Assembly (NCBI GenBank): GCA_013265495.1
Contig: MU058054.1
Location: 682,001-746,000, forward strand
Length of the DNA: 64,000 bases
Reading direction: 5' to 3'
DNA from: Vicugna vicugna
Lineage: Eukaryota
The translations under genes and the position numbers were made by a program. Below are positions 38,160 through 49,969 of this stretch, one piece after another. Each line of letters opens with the position of its first letter. The first letter of the stretch is position 1. The notes below the pieces were generated by a model. That model saw only the letters and a list, made by a program, of their open reading frames with translations. It did not search any database and was not told where the DNA came from.

Positions 38160-39960
38160 ACGGACTTCTGGTTTCATTCCAACCTGTGATGAGCTGAGAA
38201 GTTATCACTCCAACCCTCAGAACAAGAAAAAGCTGAAGAAACTGAAAAACGATTGTTCTTAGATCCATCAAAGACTTGAGATCACAGAGAAAACTGCTGT
38301 CTTTAACAACTGGAGAAAGAGATGGATGAAGGCCAAGAGCAGAAACATGGGTTCGTTTGAGAGTTATGTGTGGATTAGCTTGAGAGTTAAAAACTGAGGG
38401 GCCACGTCTTAGGAGGACCTATACTTCCATGAGTTTGACCTGCAGGCACCCCACCATTCTCTCTGAGAAGATCAGAGAAAAATCCCCTACTGCTTCCAGC
38501 AGGGGAAAGACAGAAGAAAGCATTTCAAAATACTCCAAGAGTTCTGCTCTTTGTTCTGTTCTCTGCAAGGAAGGCTGGGTCTCAAGGAAAACTTTTGTAC
38601 CAAAGCCTTATCTGACCTGAAGAAGGGCAATTAGCTAACTCCAGCCCACTCTAGTCTTCCTGTCTCACCTGGGTGGGGGGGAAATGCTGAGAAAACTTGT
38701 GAAGGTAACACTGCAGGGGCACAGACCCACTAAAAGATTGAGATCTAATCATAGGATTTGTGAATGCATCCACAGAGCCTCTGCATGCAGAGGATTACAG
38801 ATGAAGGAACCATAAGGCTCGGACTCTATTCAGGACGGAGATTCTAGGGAAACCCAACGACAATTGTCAGGGGGACAAAAACAAAGGTAGTCGGGGAAAT
38901 TGAAGCCTCAGCCACCTAGAGTTACAGCAGACAGTAAACACAGCATAACCCCTGGCCAGACAAAGGCCCCTTACCTCACCCTAAATGCCTAGTACATTTC
39001 CTAATACCTAATACATGACGTCCAGCTTCCAGCAAAAAATGACAAGCCTTGCTAGAAGGCAAGAAAAGCAAAAGACAGTAAGCATTAGAATCAGGGTCAG
39101 ATACGACAGAGATTTTGGAATTGTCAGACCAGGAATTTAAAATAACCGTGATTAACGTGTTAAGGGTACTAATGGAAAAAGTGGACCATATGCAAGAAGA
39201 GATGGGTAATGTAAGCAGAGAGGTTGAAACTTCAAGAAAGAATCAAAAGGAAATGCTAGAAATCAAAACCATCGTAAGAAGTGAAGAATGCCTTTGATGG
39301 GCCTATCAGTAGACTGGGCTGGGCCCAGGAAAGAATTAGTGAGCTGAACGAAATATCAATATAAACTTCAAAACTGAACTGCAAGGAGAAAAAAGAATGA
39401 ACAAAGCAGAACAGAATATCCAGGAACTACAGGACAGTTATAAATGGTGTAACCGACACATAATGAGAATATCAGAAAAAGAAGAAACAAAGGAGCAGAA
39501 GAGATATTTGAATAGTAAAGGTTACAATTTCCAAAATTAATGAAAGATGCTGAACCACAGATCCAGGAAGCTCAGAGAATACAAAGGAGGAAAAACGCCA
39601 AAAAATCTACACCTAGGCATATCATATTCAAACTATGGAACACCAGGGACAAAGAGAAAGTCTTGAAAGGAGACTGGGAAAAAAACTTACCTATGAAACA
39701 AGGGTAAGAATCACGTCCAACCTCTCTTCATAAACCATGCACGCAAGAAGAGAATGGAGTGAAATATTTGAAATGTGGAAAGAAAAAACCCACCAACCTG
39801 TAATTCTGTATTTAGTGGAATTACCTTCAAAAGTAAAGAAGAAATAAAGATGCTCTCAGACAAACAAAAACTAAGGGAATTTGCCACCAGCGGCTTGTCT
39901 TTCAAGAACTGTTAAAAAGAACTTCTTCAGAGGAAAGGAAAATAGTTATCGGTCAGATAT
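38160..39960 (+). mobile_element. Old L1 5' region with ORF1 remnant
   Basis: Begins ggacttctggtttc. ORF1-like peptide ELSDQEFKITVINVLRVLMEKVDHMQEEMGNVSREVET...NQKEMLEIK, plus ccacagatccaggaagctcagagaa and acacctaggcatatcatattcaaact. Confidence 0.85.
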
Positions 39961-41133
39961 GGGATATATGAGGCAAGCAGAAAATCCAAGGACCAAACCA
40001 TCACATCCTCCCCTTATCTCCACCTTTCAAAGTCTTATTAAGTTTGTTTTATATATAACATCCAGGGTTTTCTTGTATTTACTCGACAGAATAGGGCAAA
40101 GTATGTCTACACCGTTTTCCTAGAAGTGAAACTCTCTTGGTGTATTTCTTTTGAATCCTTTTACCTCTGCAGATTATGTATTTAGGAGCGATTGGAACTG
40201 AGATACAATTTTGCATCTTCCTTTATTCCCTTCAATACATACGATGAGAATTTTTCCATGCCATTCATATTTCTTGGACCATATCAGTTTTAATAGCTAT
40301 ATAATACACATATACATGTTACAGGTTTAATCATTCTTTTACTGTTAATGTCGATGGTATTTCCAAATTTATTGCTATTAATTATAACACTTAAATGAAC
40401 AAACTTATACAGAGATCTATGTGTACCTCTCCTTACCTCCTGGGTTAAATTCCTAGAGGTACAAGTACTAAACTAAAAGCAATTTAAAAGATCTTCCCAA
40501 AAAAGTTCAAAAATCTCCTTTAAGATGAGTGTGACGACTTAACACCTCCACCAGCGTTTATAGAAGTAGGCCCATCTTTCGGCCCCCTCATCAGCACTGG
40601 GTATTAGGGTGGTTTAAATGATCTGTTTTGCTAATTTGTTAAGAAAAATAAAAACATATAGCTTAATACGCATTTCTCTGGTTTGCCAGTGAGATTAAAA
40701 ATTTTGCACGTATTGAGTGGTTTTTTGCATTTCTGTCTCTGTGACTAGTTTATTGATGTCCCTTTGTCTAGGTCATGGGTTTTATCATTAGCAAGAGTGC
40801 TTTGTACATAAGAATGTTAGCAATTTTTGTGTCCTATCTGTTGGGAAGTTTTTCCAGTTTGTTATTTTTTTATTTTATGATGCTTTTTAAATTTTTTATT
40901 TTTCCTTAAAAAAAAATTCAGACTCACAAAAAATTTGAAAGAACAGTGAGCATTCAAACACCCTTCTCCTGGATTACCAAGTGTTACCATCTTGTTACCT
41001 GTGCTTCAATCTCTCTCTGTAACCGAAATGTAGAATCATCCTGTATAAGGGGGATTTGTCTACTGCTTTGTAACAACCCAGAAGAGATTGGCTCCAAGGT
41101 GTTTCAATAATTGAGTGAAAATTCTGATCTAGA

Positions 41134-41255
41134 GGGGAGGAGGGTACAGCTCAGTGGTAGAGTGCCTGCCTAGCATGCACGAGGTCCTGGGTTCAATCCC
41201 CAGTACCTCCATCAAAAATAAACAAAAACCTCAAAATAAACTTTAAAAAAAGAAA
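41134..41255 (+). mobile_element. Vic-1-like tRNA-Ala SINE
   Basis: A and B boxes present. TSD gaaaattctgatc at 41117-41129 and 41256-41268. Confidence 0.9.
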
Positions 41256-41444
41256 GAAAATTCTGATCCACACTCAGCATTTAACAAAAACATCTTCCTT
41301 CCTTCTCACTGTTTCTCACTATCATTTATTTGCTTTGTTCTTATTTTCCGCCCCTCCTTAAACACTCATACTACAGAATATAAAATGAAAATTTCTGTGC
41401 AGTTCTGATAGTGTCGGTACAGATGGTGGTGACCCTCCTAGTGT

Positions 41445-41591
41445 TGTTTGTGTGTGTGTGTGTGTGTTTTAATGAGGGGGAGGTAATTAGGCTTATTCAT
41501 TGATTTCCGCTTGGAGGAGGAACCGGGGATTGAACCCATGGCCTCGTGGGTGCTGAGCATGCGCTCTACCACTTGAGCTATACCTTCCCCC
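41445..41591 (-). mobile_element. Vic-1-like tRNA-Ala SINE with (CA)n tail
   Basis: Reverse complement GGGGGAAGGTATAGCTCAAGTGGTAGAGCGCATGCTCAGCAC...GGTTCAATCCCCGG, followed by the family tail CCTAATTACCTCCCCC. Confidence 0.88.
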
Positions 41592-42253
41592 TACTCTTAG
41601 TGTCAATAAGCAAAGTGTGGTCATTATGAACAGCGTGAGCAGGTATCACAGGCAATAAAATCTGTGCAGGCCAGCAAGGGGAAGAGGAAGAACCACACTT
41701 TGACACAGAGGAAGAATCATCGCCAAAGTGGGGAATGTCATGAAAACTATCTTGAAAACAATACAAAAGCACTTTGAGCTCTTTGGAGAACATACACCAC
41801 GTTTGACAGCATCCTTATTGTTTTCTGAATGACCGCTGGGAAAACCTTGCATTTGCTGGCATCCGTTATCATCAGTCTGTGCACCCACTGGGTTTTGTCT
41901 CTACTAGACCAAACTATCAGATGTTTTCTTGAGCAACACTTGCTAACAGGGAAAACCATCCCTTGTGCAAGCCAGGCTCCCTGGTTTTCAGGTAGCTATG
42001 GCGTACAAGAGTACTAGGTTGCAGATGCTTGACTGGACTTGCCTCTGGGCCTGACCATCAATGACCTGTGTGACCTGGTGTGAGCCTCAGTTTGCATACC
42101 ATTAAAAGAAAAGGGTACATATCTATCTCATACGTTAAAAAATGAGTCCTTTGCAAACTGTCAAGTGTTTTAGAAATACTGACAATAATGATGAAATTCA
42201 TAATGATGATAATGAGGATGATGTTGATTGGATATTTTTTCTAAATCATTTTT

Positions 42254-43553
42254 TTTAAACTGAAGTTTAGTTGATTTACAATGTTGTGTTAGTTTTTGGT
42301 GTACAGCATAGTGATTCAGTTATACATTCACATATATATTCTTTTTCATTATAGATTATTACAAGATATTGAATGTAGTTCCCTGTGCTATATAGTAGGA
42401 CCTTGTTGTTTATCTATTTTATATATAGCAGTGTGTATCTGTTAATCCCAAACTCCTAATTTATCCCTCCCCCACCTTTTCCCCTTTGGTAACCATAATT
42501 TTGTTTTCTATGTTTGTGAGTCTCTTTCTGTTTTGTAAATAAAGTTTGAATCATGTTTTTAAGATTCCACATATAAGTGATATCATGTGGTATTCTTCTT
42601 TCTCTTTCTGACTTCCTTCACTTAGTGTGATCATCTCTAGGTCCATCCATGTTGCTGCAAATGGCATTATTTCATTCTTTTTTATGGCTGAGTAGTATTG
42701 CACTGTACATATATACTACAACTTCTTTATCCAGTCATCTGTCAATGGACATTTAGGTTGCTTCTGTGTCTTGGCTATTGTAAACAGTGTTGCTGCTAAC
42801 ATTGGGGTGCATGTATCATTTTAAATTAGAGTTTTCTTCAGATATATGCCCAGAAGTGGGATTGCTGGGTCATATGATAACTCTATTTTTAGTTTTCAAA
42901 GGAATCTCCATACTGTTTTCCATAGTGACTGCACCAAATTACATTCCCACTAGCAGTGTAGGAGGGTTCCCTTTTCTCCACACCCTCTCCAGCATTTGTT
43001 TGTGTACTTTTTAATGATGGCCATTCTGACTGGTGTGAGGTGATACCTCATTATAGTTTTGATTTGCATTTCTCTGATAACTGAGCATCTGTTCATGTAC
43101 CTGTTGGCCACCTCACATCTTCTTTGGAGACATGTCTATTTAAGTCTTCTGCCCATTTTTTGTTTGGGTTATTTGTTTTTTGTTATTGAGTTATATGAGC
43201 TGTTTATATATTCTGGAAATCAAGCCCTTGTCCGTCTAACCCTTTGTAAACATTTTCTCCTAGTCTGTAGGTTGTCTTTTGGTTTTGTTTATGGTTTTCT
43301 TTGCTGTGCAAAAGCTTATAAGTTTGATTAGGTCCCATTTGTTTATTTTTGTTTTTTATTTCTATTACTTTGTGAGACTTGCCTAGGATAACACTGCTAT
43401 AATATACGTCAGAGAACGATTTGCCTATGTTCTCTTCTAGGAGTCTTATGGTGTCCTATATTATGTTTAAATCTTTCATCCATTTTGAGCTTATTTTTGT
43501 GTACGGTGTGAGGGAGTGTTTTAACTTCATTGGTTTACAGGTGGCTTTCCAGC
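42254..43553 (-). mobile_element. 5'-truncated L1
   Basis: Antisense ORF2 C-terminus and 3'UTR. TSD ttctaaatcattttt at 42239-42253 and 43554-43568. Confidence 0.92.
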
Positions 43554-44045
43554 TTCTAAATCATTTTTAAAGGTGTATCCAGGGATAGTACTCATTTGGA
43601 GTAACTGTCTCAGTTTCCTGGGTTTCTGTAGAGTGAAGCCTCAGGTGTCTGGACAATGTTGATTCTCAGTTACTCATAGGAACCGTGCTCTGTTGTCAAT
43701 GGACTTTTGGCCTCTGCCACTCCATCAGACTCACAATGTAAGCAGACATTGGCCGTCCTACCAGCTTGACTGCCAGGTCCCACTCCTGGCTCAATCCTTG
43801 TATAAGAGGCTGGCTCAAACCCTTCACAGCAATGGGGTAGCAGAATTTCTAGGACCAGGCTTTTGATCACACAGAGGCAGGCCTTCTATTTGGCCAAAAG
43901 TATACCAAGTCCAGGGAGTCATGCTTGTCCCAGGGATTCCAGGCATCGATTATCTGCACTAGAGATACTAAATGCAGATTCCAGGACCCCACCTGGGAGC
44001 CAGTGAAAGAGGATTGCAAACCAAAGTTTAAAAATCTCTACTCTA

Positions 44046-44840
44046 CCATCATCAGAAAATCTATAAATAATAAATGCTGGAGACAGTGTGGAGAAAAGGG
44101 AACCCTCCTACACTACTGGTGGGAATGTATTTGGTACAGCCACTATGGAGAACAGTACGGGGATTCCTTAAAATACTAAAAATAGAATTACCATGTGATC
44201 CAGCAATCCTATTCTTGGGAATATATCTGTAGGAAACACCAATTTGAAAAGATACATGCACCCCAGTGTTTAGCAGCCAAGACTAGGAAGCAATCTTAAG
44301 TGTCCATTGACAGATGATTGGATAAAGATCTGATACACATATATATTTAATGGAATATTACTCAGTCACAAAAAAGAATGAAAGAATGTCATTTGCAGCA
44401 ACATGGATAGACCTAGAGATTATCACACTAAGTGAAGTAAGTCATACAGAGAAAGACAAATATTTCATGATATCACTTATATGTAGAATCTAAAAAAATG
44501 ATTAAAATGAACCGATTTACAAAACAGAAAGAGATTCATAGACATAGAAAACGAATTCACAGGAAGGAGAAAGGGAAGAGGAGATGGGATAAATTAGGAG
44601 CTTAAGATTAATAGATACACACTACTATGTATAAAATTGATAAACAACAAGGACCTACTGTATAGCACAGAAAACTATACTCTGCATCTTGTAATAATCT
44701 ATAATGAAAAAGAATCTGGGAAAGATACATACATATATATATATAAAAATATATATAAAGTGTATAACTGAATCACTTTGCTGTACACCTGAAACTAACA
44801 CAACATTGTAAATCAACTATACTTCAATTTTTAAAAAAAG
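44046..44840 (+). mobile_element. 5'-truncated L1 inserted at the end of a MER5-like element
   Basis: Translates [27 protein letters not shown]; 3'UTR and A tail follow. Both flanks end in tactcta. Confidence 0.9.
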
Positions 44841-45166
44841 AACCATTACTCTAGACCTGTGGTCTCCCAAATAGGGTGTCCACATCTCATGTAATACATA
44901 AGACAGTACCATTGGTCATGGGAGGAGAGTATAAAAACTTCTACGTGCAAAACGTCACCTGCAGTTCTGGACGTCTTCCTAAGACTGGAAGCTCCAAACC
45001 ACAGAAGCATGAACAGTGGGGCCAGCATTGGTACAAATTTTTTTTCTGGAGCATTGTTATGTACTGCAGTCTACTCATGAATGGGTTTGTGGATTCTGCT
45101 ATTTATTTTTAACTGAACTAAAGCTTTTCTTCAGGATGAGCCTTTCTTTAGCCATCACCATAAAAC

Positions 45167-45366
45167 GGTGATCAACCAATCAAACTTAGAAAAAGTCAGC
45201 CCCCCAAACCCCCCAAAAGTTAAAAATTATCCAGAAGACTAAAATTTGGGCTTATATCCAACCAGCATCATGGTGATCAACCAATCAAACTTAGAAAAAG
45301 TCAGCCCCCCAAAAGTTAAAAATTATCCAGAAGACTAAAATTTGGGCTTATATCCAACCAGCATCA
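45167..45366. repeat. Near-perfect ~96-bp tandem duplication
   Basis: ggtgatcaaccaatc...ccaaccagcatca at 45167-45270 and 45272-45366. Copy 1 has an extra aaacccccc. Confidence 0.95.
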
Positions 45367-47209
45367 ATGCTGAATCTCAGCTACATGTATAGTCAGTATA
45401 AAGCTGTCATGATTTACAAGATTAAGAAACTAAAACATTATCATTAATAAACTTTTTTAGCAAGAGAAAGAAGTTTTGTGCTGTGAATAAAGTAAAAAAA
45501 AACTTCAACTTTTTAATTTCATCTTTATCTCATTATTTAAACATTTCTATGTGGGTATTTTTATAATAATTCACTCTATATGATAACAAATATATAATTT
45601 ATAAATAAATAAGTAAGCACATATGATCAGTGCATGTCCAAATTCTTTGACTGATGGCCACGTGGGATAAAAGGCCATACAGCTTCTGTCCCAGTTTGAA
45701 ACTTTCATGAAGCTAAGTCTCCCTCTTTGACTTCCTGATCAGTTTTGAGACTAAGTAACCTGATTCTCAGTGAGTCGTGCCATCAACAGTGAAAAAATCT
45801 CCTTCTTATTGGGTATTGGCAGGACTTTGTCTTAGAACTTCAGAAGAAAAATGCAACAAATTGGTCAGACCTCCTCATCCCAGGCAGGTGAGCCTGAAGG
45901 AATTCTGGGTTCTGCATCCTGCTTTGCATATACTGCCCCAGCAGGCCACCACAGACTCTGAAGCCAAGTCCATTCACGACAGTTGCTGGGACACCCTGGC
46001 AAGTGCAGAACCAGGCGTGCCTATCGACCTGGTGACATGACAGTCACAGGCAGTCGTCCCTGATCTCCTGAGTCTCGTGTTTTCCATTTCCATCTGCTGC
46101 TACTGCTTCTCTTCCTGCCTGAGCCACTCACTCCCTGTGACTCACACTGTGAGTAGCCTGGGGCCCACTACCTTTGAAGACCTGGTTTGGCCTTTTCTCC
46201 AGTTTTTGACCTTGGCCGACCTCATTTCATTTTCAAATTGCATGCCACTTTAGCACCCGAAATCCACGGCAGGGACTGAGGTGCTTCCTCAGGCTTGGAG
46301 GGCTCATAACGAACTTGCCCAGCTCCCATCATCCCTATATAGAGGGCCAATGATGGTATTATATTGAGTGGGAAAGAAAAGAGCCGAGGACACTTCTGAG
46401 AGTCAGCTCCACGCCCTGGTTAACGACTTCTTCACTCTTCCAGACCTTAATAGGGGCAGGGACACTCCTTGGCCAGGAAGAAGACGGTGCAAGCAAAGCT
46501 CTTTGCCAGAATCTTTCCGTTTGGTTCTCTGCTACCTAGTTTGCTGTTTTCAGCTTGTAAATCTACAGCTCAGACTCTCCTGTCTCTTTGTCAAGCTGGA
46601 GACCGGACAGGAGAACGTTCATGGGAGTTGGTGACTGACATCTCTTCTCCGGTTTGCTTTCCCCACGCCTCCAACCTGAGGCTTCCTTATTGCTGCTTGT
46701 ATGCCCCACCCTTTGGCCACAGACACCTCACCCACTCCAGATCGCCTGACTGCCCTCTAAACAGGCCTCCCACTTTGCCCCGGGCGGCCTTCTTGACTTA
46801 GAACTGAGTCTGTGTAAGTTGGTAAAGTAACCGCTCACATTTTCTTCTCTAAGAATCCCGTTTGTTATTTACCTACAGATTCCTTGTTTTAAAAGGTTGT
46901 GTTTATTAACCTATTTGCGGGTCGTATTGTCATCCCCAAATTAGAAAAATCTAAGATACAAATGACTAAACACTAGACAGACGAGGGAAGGGTTGCCACT
47001 GCCAAGGGATGATGGGTGCCTGTGGCACTGCCTGCAGGTGGGAGAAGGGGAGGCAGGGGAGTGTCCACCCAAGGCTCTGCTCCCCGCTGCTGAGAGCTGG
47101 CGCTTGGCTCCAGATTTCCATGTTTCCATGCATGCTCTTTGAATCTCAGCTGCACTGTCGGCTGCGATGCACTTATGCTTGAGATATATATATAAAACTT
47201 TTGTTATAT

Positions 47210-47358
47210 TGTTTGGGTTTTTTGTTTGTTTGTTTGTTTGGGAGAGGGAGGTAATTAGGTTTATTTGCTTATTTTTTTTTTAATGGAGGTACTGGGGATT
47301 GAACCCAGGACCTCCTGCATGCTAAGCAAGCACTCTACCACTGAGCTATACCCTCCCC
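47210..47358 (-). mobile_element. Vic-1-like tRNA-Ala SINE
   Basis: Reverse complement GGGGAGGGTATAGCTCAGTGGTAGAGTGCTTGCTTAGCATGCAGGAGGTCCTGGGTTCAATCCCCAGTACCTCCA plus tail. Confidence 0.92.
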
Positions 47359-47700
47359 ACCCCATGTTTGGTATATATTTATAATGTAAATAGGGTCACA
47401 GGGTTTTAAAGCTTAGTACAAAAACCTTAATCTGCATACACTCAAATTCAGGAGGCCTGTATGTAGTAAGAAGGTCTAAGGTGAGGAAAGGTCATTTCTT
47501 GTTAATTCAATCTTAATTTTAATAAGGCATCTCTTAGGATATATTACACAATGACTATTTCAAGCAAGTTTTATTATTTTTGTTTTGTTTATCCTGAACA
47601 CCAAAATCATCTTTACAGTAAAGCACATATGACATGCTAATAACTGTAAAGAAAGTTCCACATAACATAAAAATTGACTTGCATTAAATATTTCCTTTAG

Positions 47701-47742
47701 AAGCAAACTAAATATCCATTGACCAATGACTGGATAAAGAAG

Positions 47743-47789
<47 letters not shown>

Positions 47790-48261
47790 GGAATAGTACT
47801 CAGCCATAAAAAAGAATAAAATAATGCCATTTGCAGCAACATAGATGGACCTGGAGATCATCATACTAAGTGAAGTAAGCCAGAAAGAAAAAGAAAAGTA
47901 CCACATGATATCACTTATATGTGGAATTAAAAAAAAAAAGGACACAGATGAACTTCTTTACAAAACAGAGACAGATTCACAGACATAAAAAACAAACTTA
48001 TGGTTACCAGGGGAGAAAGGGGGTGGGGAGGGATAAAATGGGAATTTGAGATTTGCAGATACTAACTACCATATATAAAACAGATAAACAACAAGGTCCT
48101 ATTGTATAGCATGGGAAACTATATTCGATACCTTGTAATAGCCTATAATGAAAAAAGAGTATGAAAAGGAATACATGTATGTATAATTGAATCACTATGC
48201 TGTACACCAGAAATTAACACAACATTGTAATTCACCTATACTTCAATAATAAAAGAGAAAA
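47701..48261 (+). mobile_element. 5'-truncated L1 3' end containing (GT)21
   Basis: Perfect TSD aaatatttcctttag at 47686-47700 and 48262-48276; L1 ORF2 end and 3'UTR. Confidence 0.92.
47745..47786. repeat. (GT)21 microsatellite
   Basis: 42-bp perfect dinucleotide run. Shorter (GT)n runs occur near 9715, 22124, 41448 and 62327. Confidence 0.97.
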
Positions 48262-48551
48262 AAATATTTCCTTTAGGAGTTGAATTTTGGATATGCTTTA
48301 CTAAAAATGAAAAAGATATAACACTGAAATTAGGACCCTGAAATAATTGTCATGGTGTCGAGCATCAGAATGCAGTCAAAGTAACACAGAATGAACTATT
48401 AAAGTCTAAATTCTGCCATTACTTCTTTTGCAAAACGACTGATATTAGCAGAACGGTTGTGAACAAAGCCAAAGAAATTTTGTCTTTACAGTCATCTCAC
48501 CTGCGTGAGAAAAGTGCTTCTTTTGGACCCTCAAATGGCTACTTTACTTAC

Positions 48552-48643
48552 CATTTGGAAGCTTTAGAAGAATCTAAGTTACCATCAATTGGAGTCGTTA
48601 ATACGTGGTGGTGTACAACATTTAAATACTTCTCAATGTGAAT
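48552..48643 (-). CDS. IQCH: IQCH coding exon 3
   Basis: Acceptor TTTTCTGTAACAG|, donor |GTAAGT; 92 nt. Encodes IHIEKYLNVVHHHVLTTPIDGNLDSSKASK plus TG; phase 0/2. Confidence 0.93.
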
Positions 48644-49846
48644 CTGTTACAGAAAAGTGAAAGTTTAGGCCATTAGAGTGGACTTAAGATCCTCAGCTAA
48701 TTTACTCCATTTCATGAGGTTAACCCTCTGAATGGTGTAATTAAGCCAAAAGACACAACACGCTACGTGTTTATTACATGCCTGAGGTATCATTATGCAT
48801 CTCAAAGCCAAATTACTTTATCCCAAAAAGCATAATAAACAATTGAGACTCAAAGCTTAAGTGACCTGTAGCACTCGTCACAAATTAAACTGCACACCTA
48901 GCCAGGGAAGCTCGCTATGCAATACAGATGTGGGGTAATGTCTTTCTCTTACAGGGACTTTAAGCAAGCATCTGAAGAACGAGTCTGGCCTTTAGGTAAC
49001 AGATTACTTAAAAGGGCCAACCCAAAGACTCCAGCGGGGTCCAGCCTCTCCCCATCAGGTAATACAGGACAATGGCATGCTTGTCTGATGGGGCAACAGG
49101 ATTTAGCACCTCTTAACAGCCCAGGAGCTGAGCTAGGAAGCTAATAACATGGTAGAGTGGAAGTCGGAAACAACAGCAGAGGCCCGGATGGTTAGAGGTC
49201 TAGAAGATGGAGATGGTCTTTATTTGGCCCCATGTGCAAATAGATCCTTGTTCTATGTATGATAGTCATCCTCATCTGAAGATTGGATTCTCGTGTGCCC
49301 TTGGATCTGTCTGTAAAGATGAAATGCCTACCTACTTTATTTCTCTGTTTCCAAATTGATATATTTCTTTTACATTTCCCATGTGATGGACCAGATTACA
49401 ATACTACGAAAGTGACTAACCTCAAAATACAGAAGCTATTAGGGAAAAGTAAACGTTTATTTTTGAGAACCCCAGGGAATCTGACGGAAACTCTCTGCAG
49501 GGTATCGGTATGAACCTTTTTTGTCAGGCATACTGTGGGGCTGATAGTAGCTATTGTTAAAATCTGAAATTCTTTTTATCAAACCACGCTTGAGGGGTTA
49601 TCACTGCATAATCACATACTATCAATGCCTCAAATTCTTTGTGGAATGTGACAGGATGTAAATCAATCAATCAATCAATCAGTTAATAATTGGTTTTTAA
49701 AAGGGAACAGAATCGGGAAGCTGCTGGCCAACGAAGCCCACCTCCATGACAGATTTCCACAGGGGCCGGTGAGAGCCACAATTCTCTTCTTCTGGAGGAA
49801 ACTGTCTCCTTGCAGGATCTTATTTAACATCTAAAGCTTTACTCAC

Positions 49847-49969
49847 CTTTAACCCCATTTCAGTCCTTTTGATTGCCGTTTCAAGATTCTGAATGTCTAG
49901 AGTCTCGCCTCTTTCCTCAGGTGAAAATTGGGTTAATTTCTCCTTTAATTGATGAAGATCTTCATGGAC
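49847..49969 (-). CDS. IQCH: IQCH coding exon 2
   Basis: Acceptor CCACCAG|, donor |GTGAGT; 123 nt. Encodes [41 protein letters not shown], matching recalled human [27 protein letters not shown]...; phase 0/0. Confidence 0.95.

Noticed and set aside
45820..46810. Possible old LTR or processed pseudogene
   Set aside because: It has some LTR-like character but I could not assign a family, and no frame gave a recognisable protein. A Dfam or blastx search is needed.
4001..47358. Seven tRNA-Ala-like sequences as tRNA genes
   Set aside because: They share a non-tRNA tail, A-rich ends and TSDs, and carry scattered stem-breaking substitutions, so they are SINEs.
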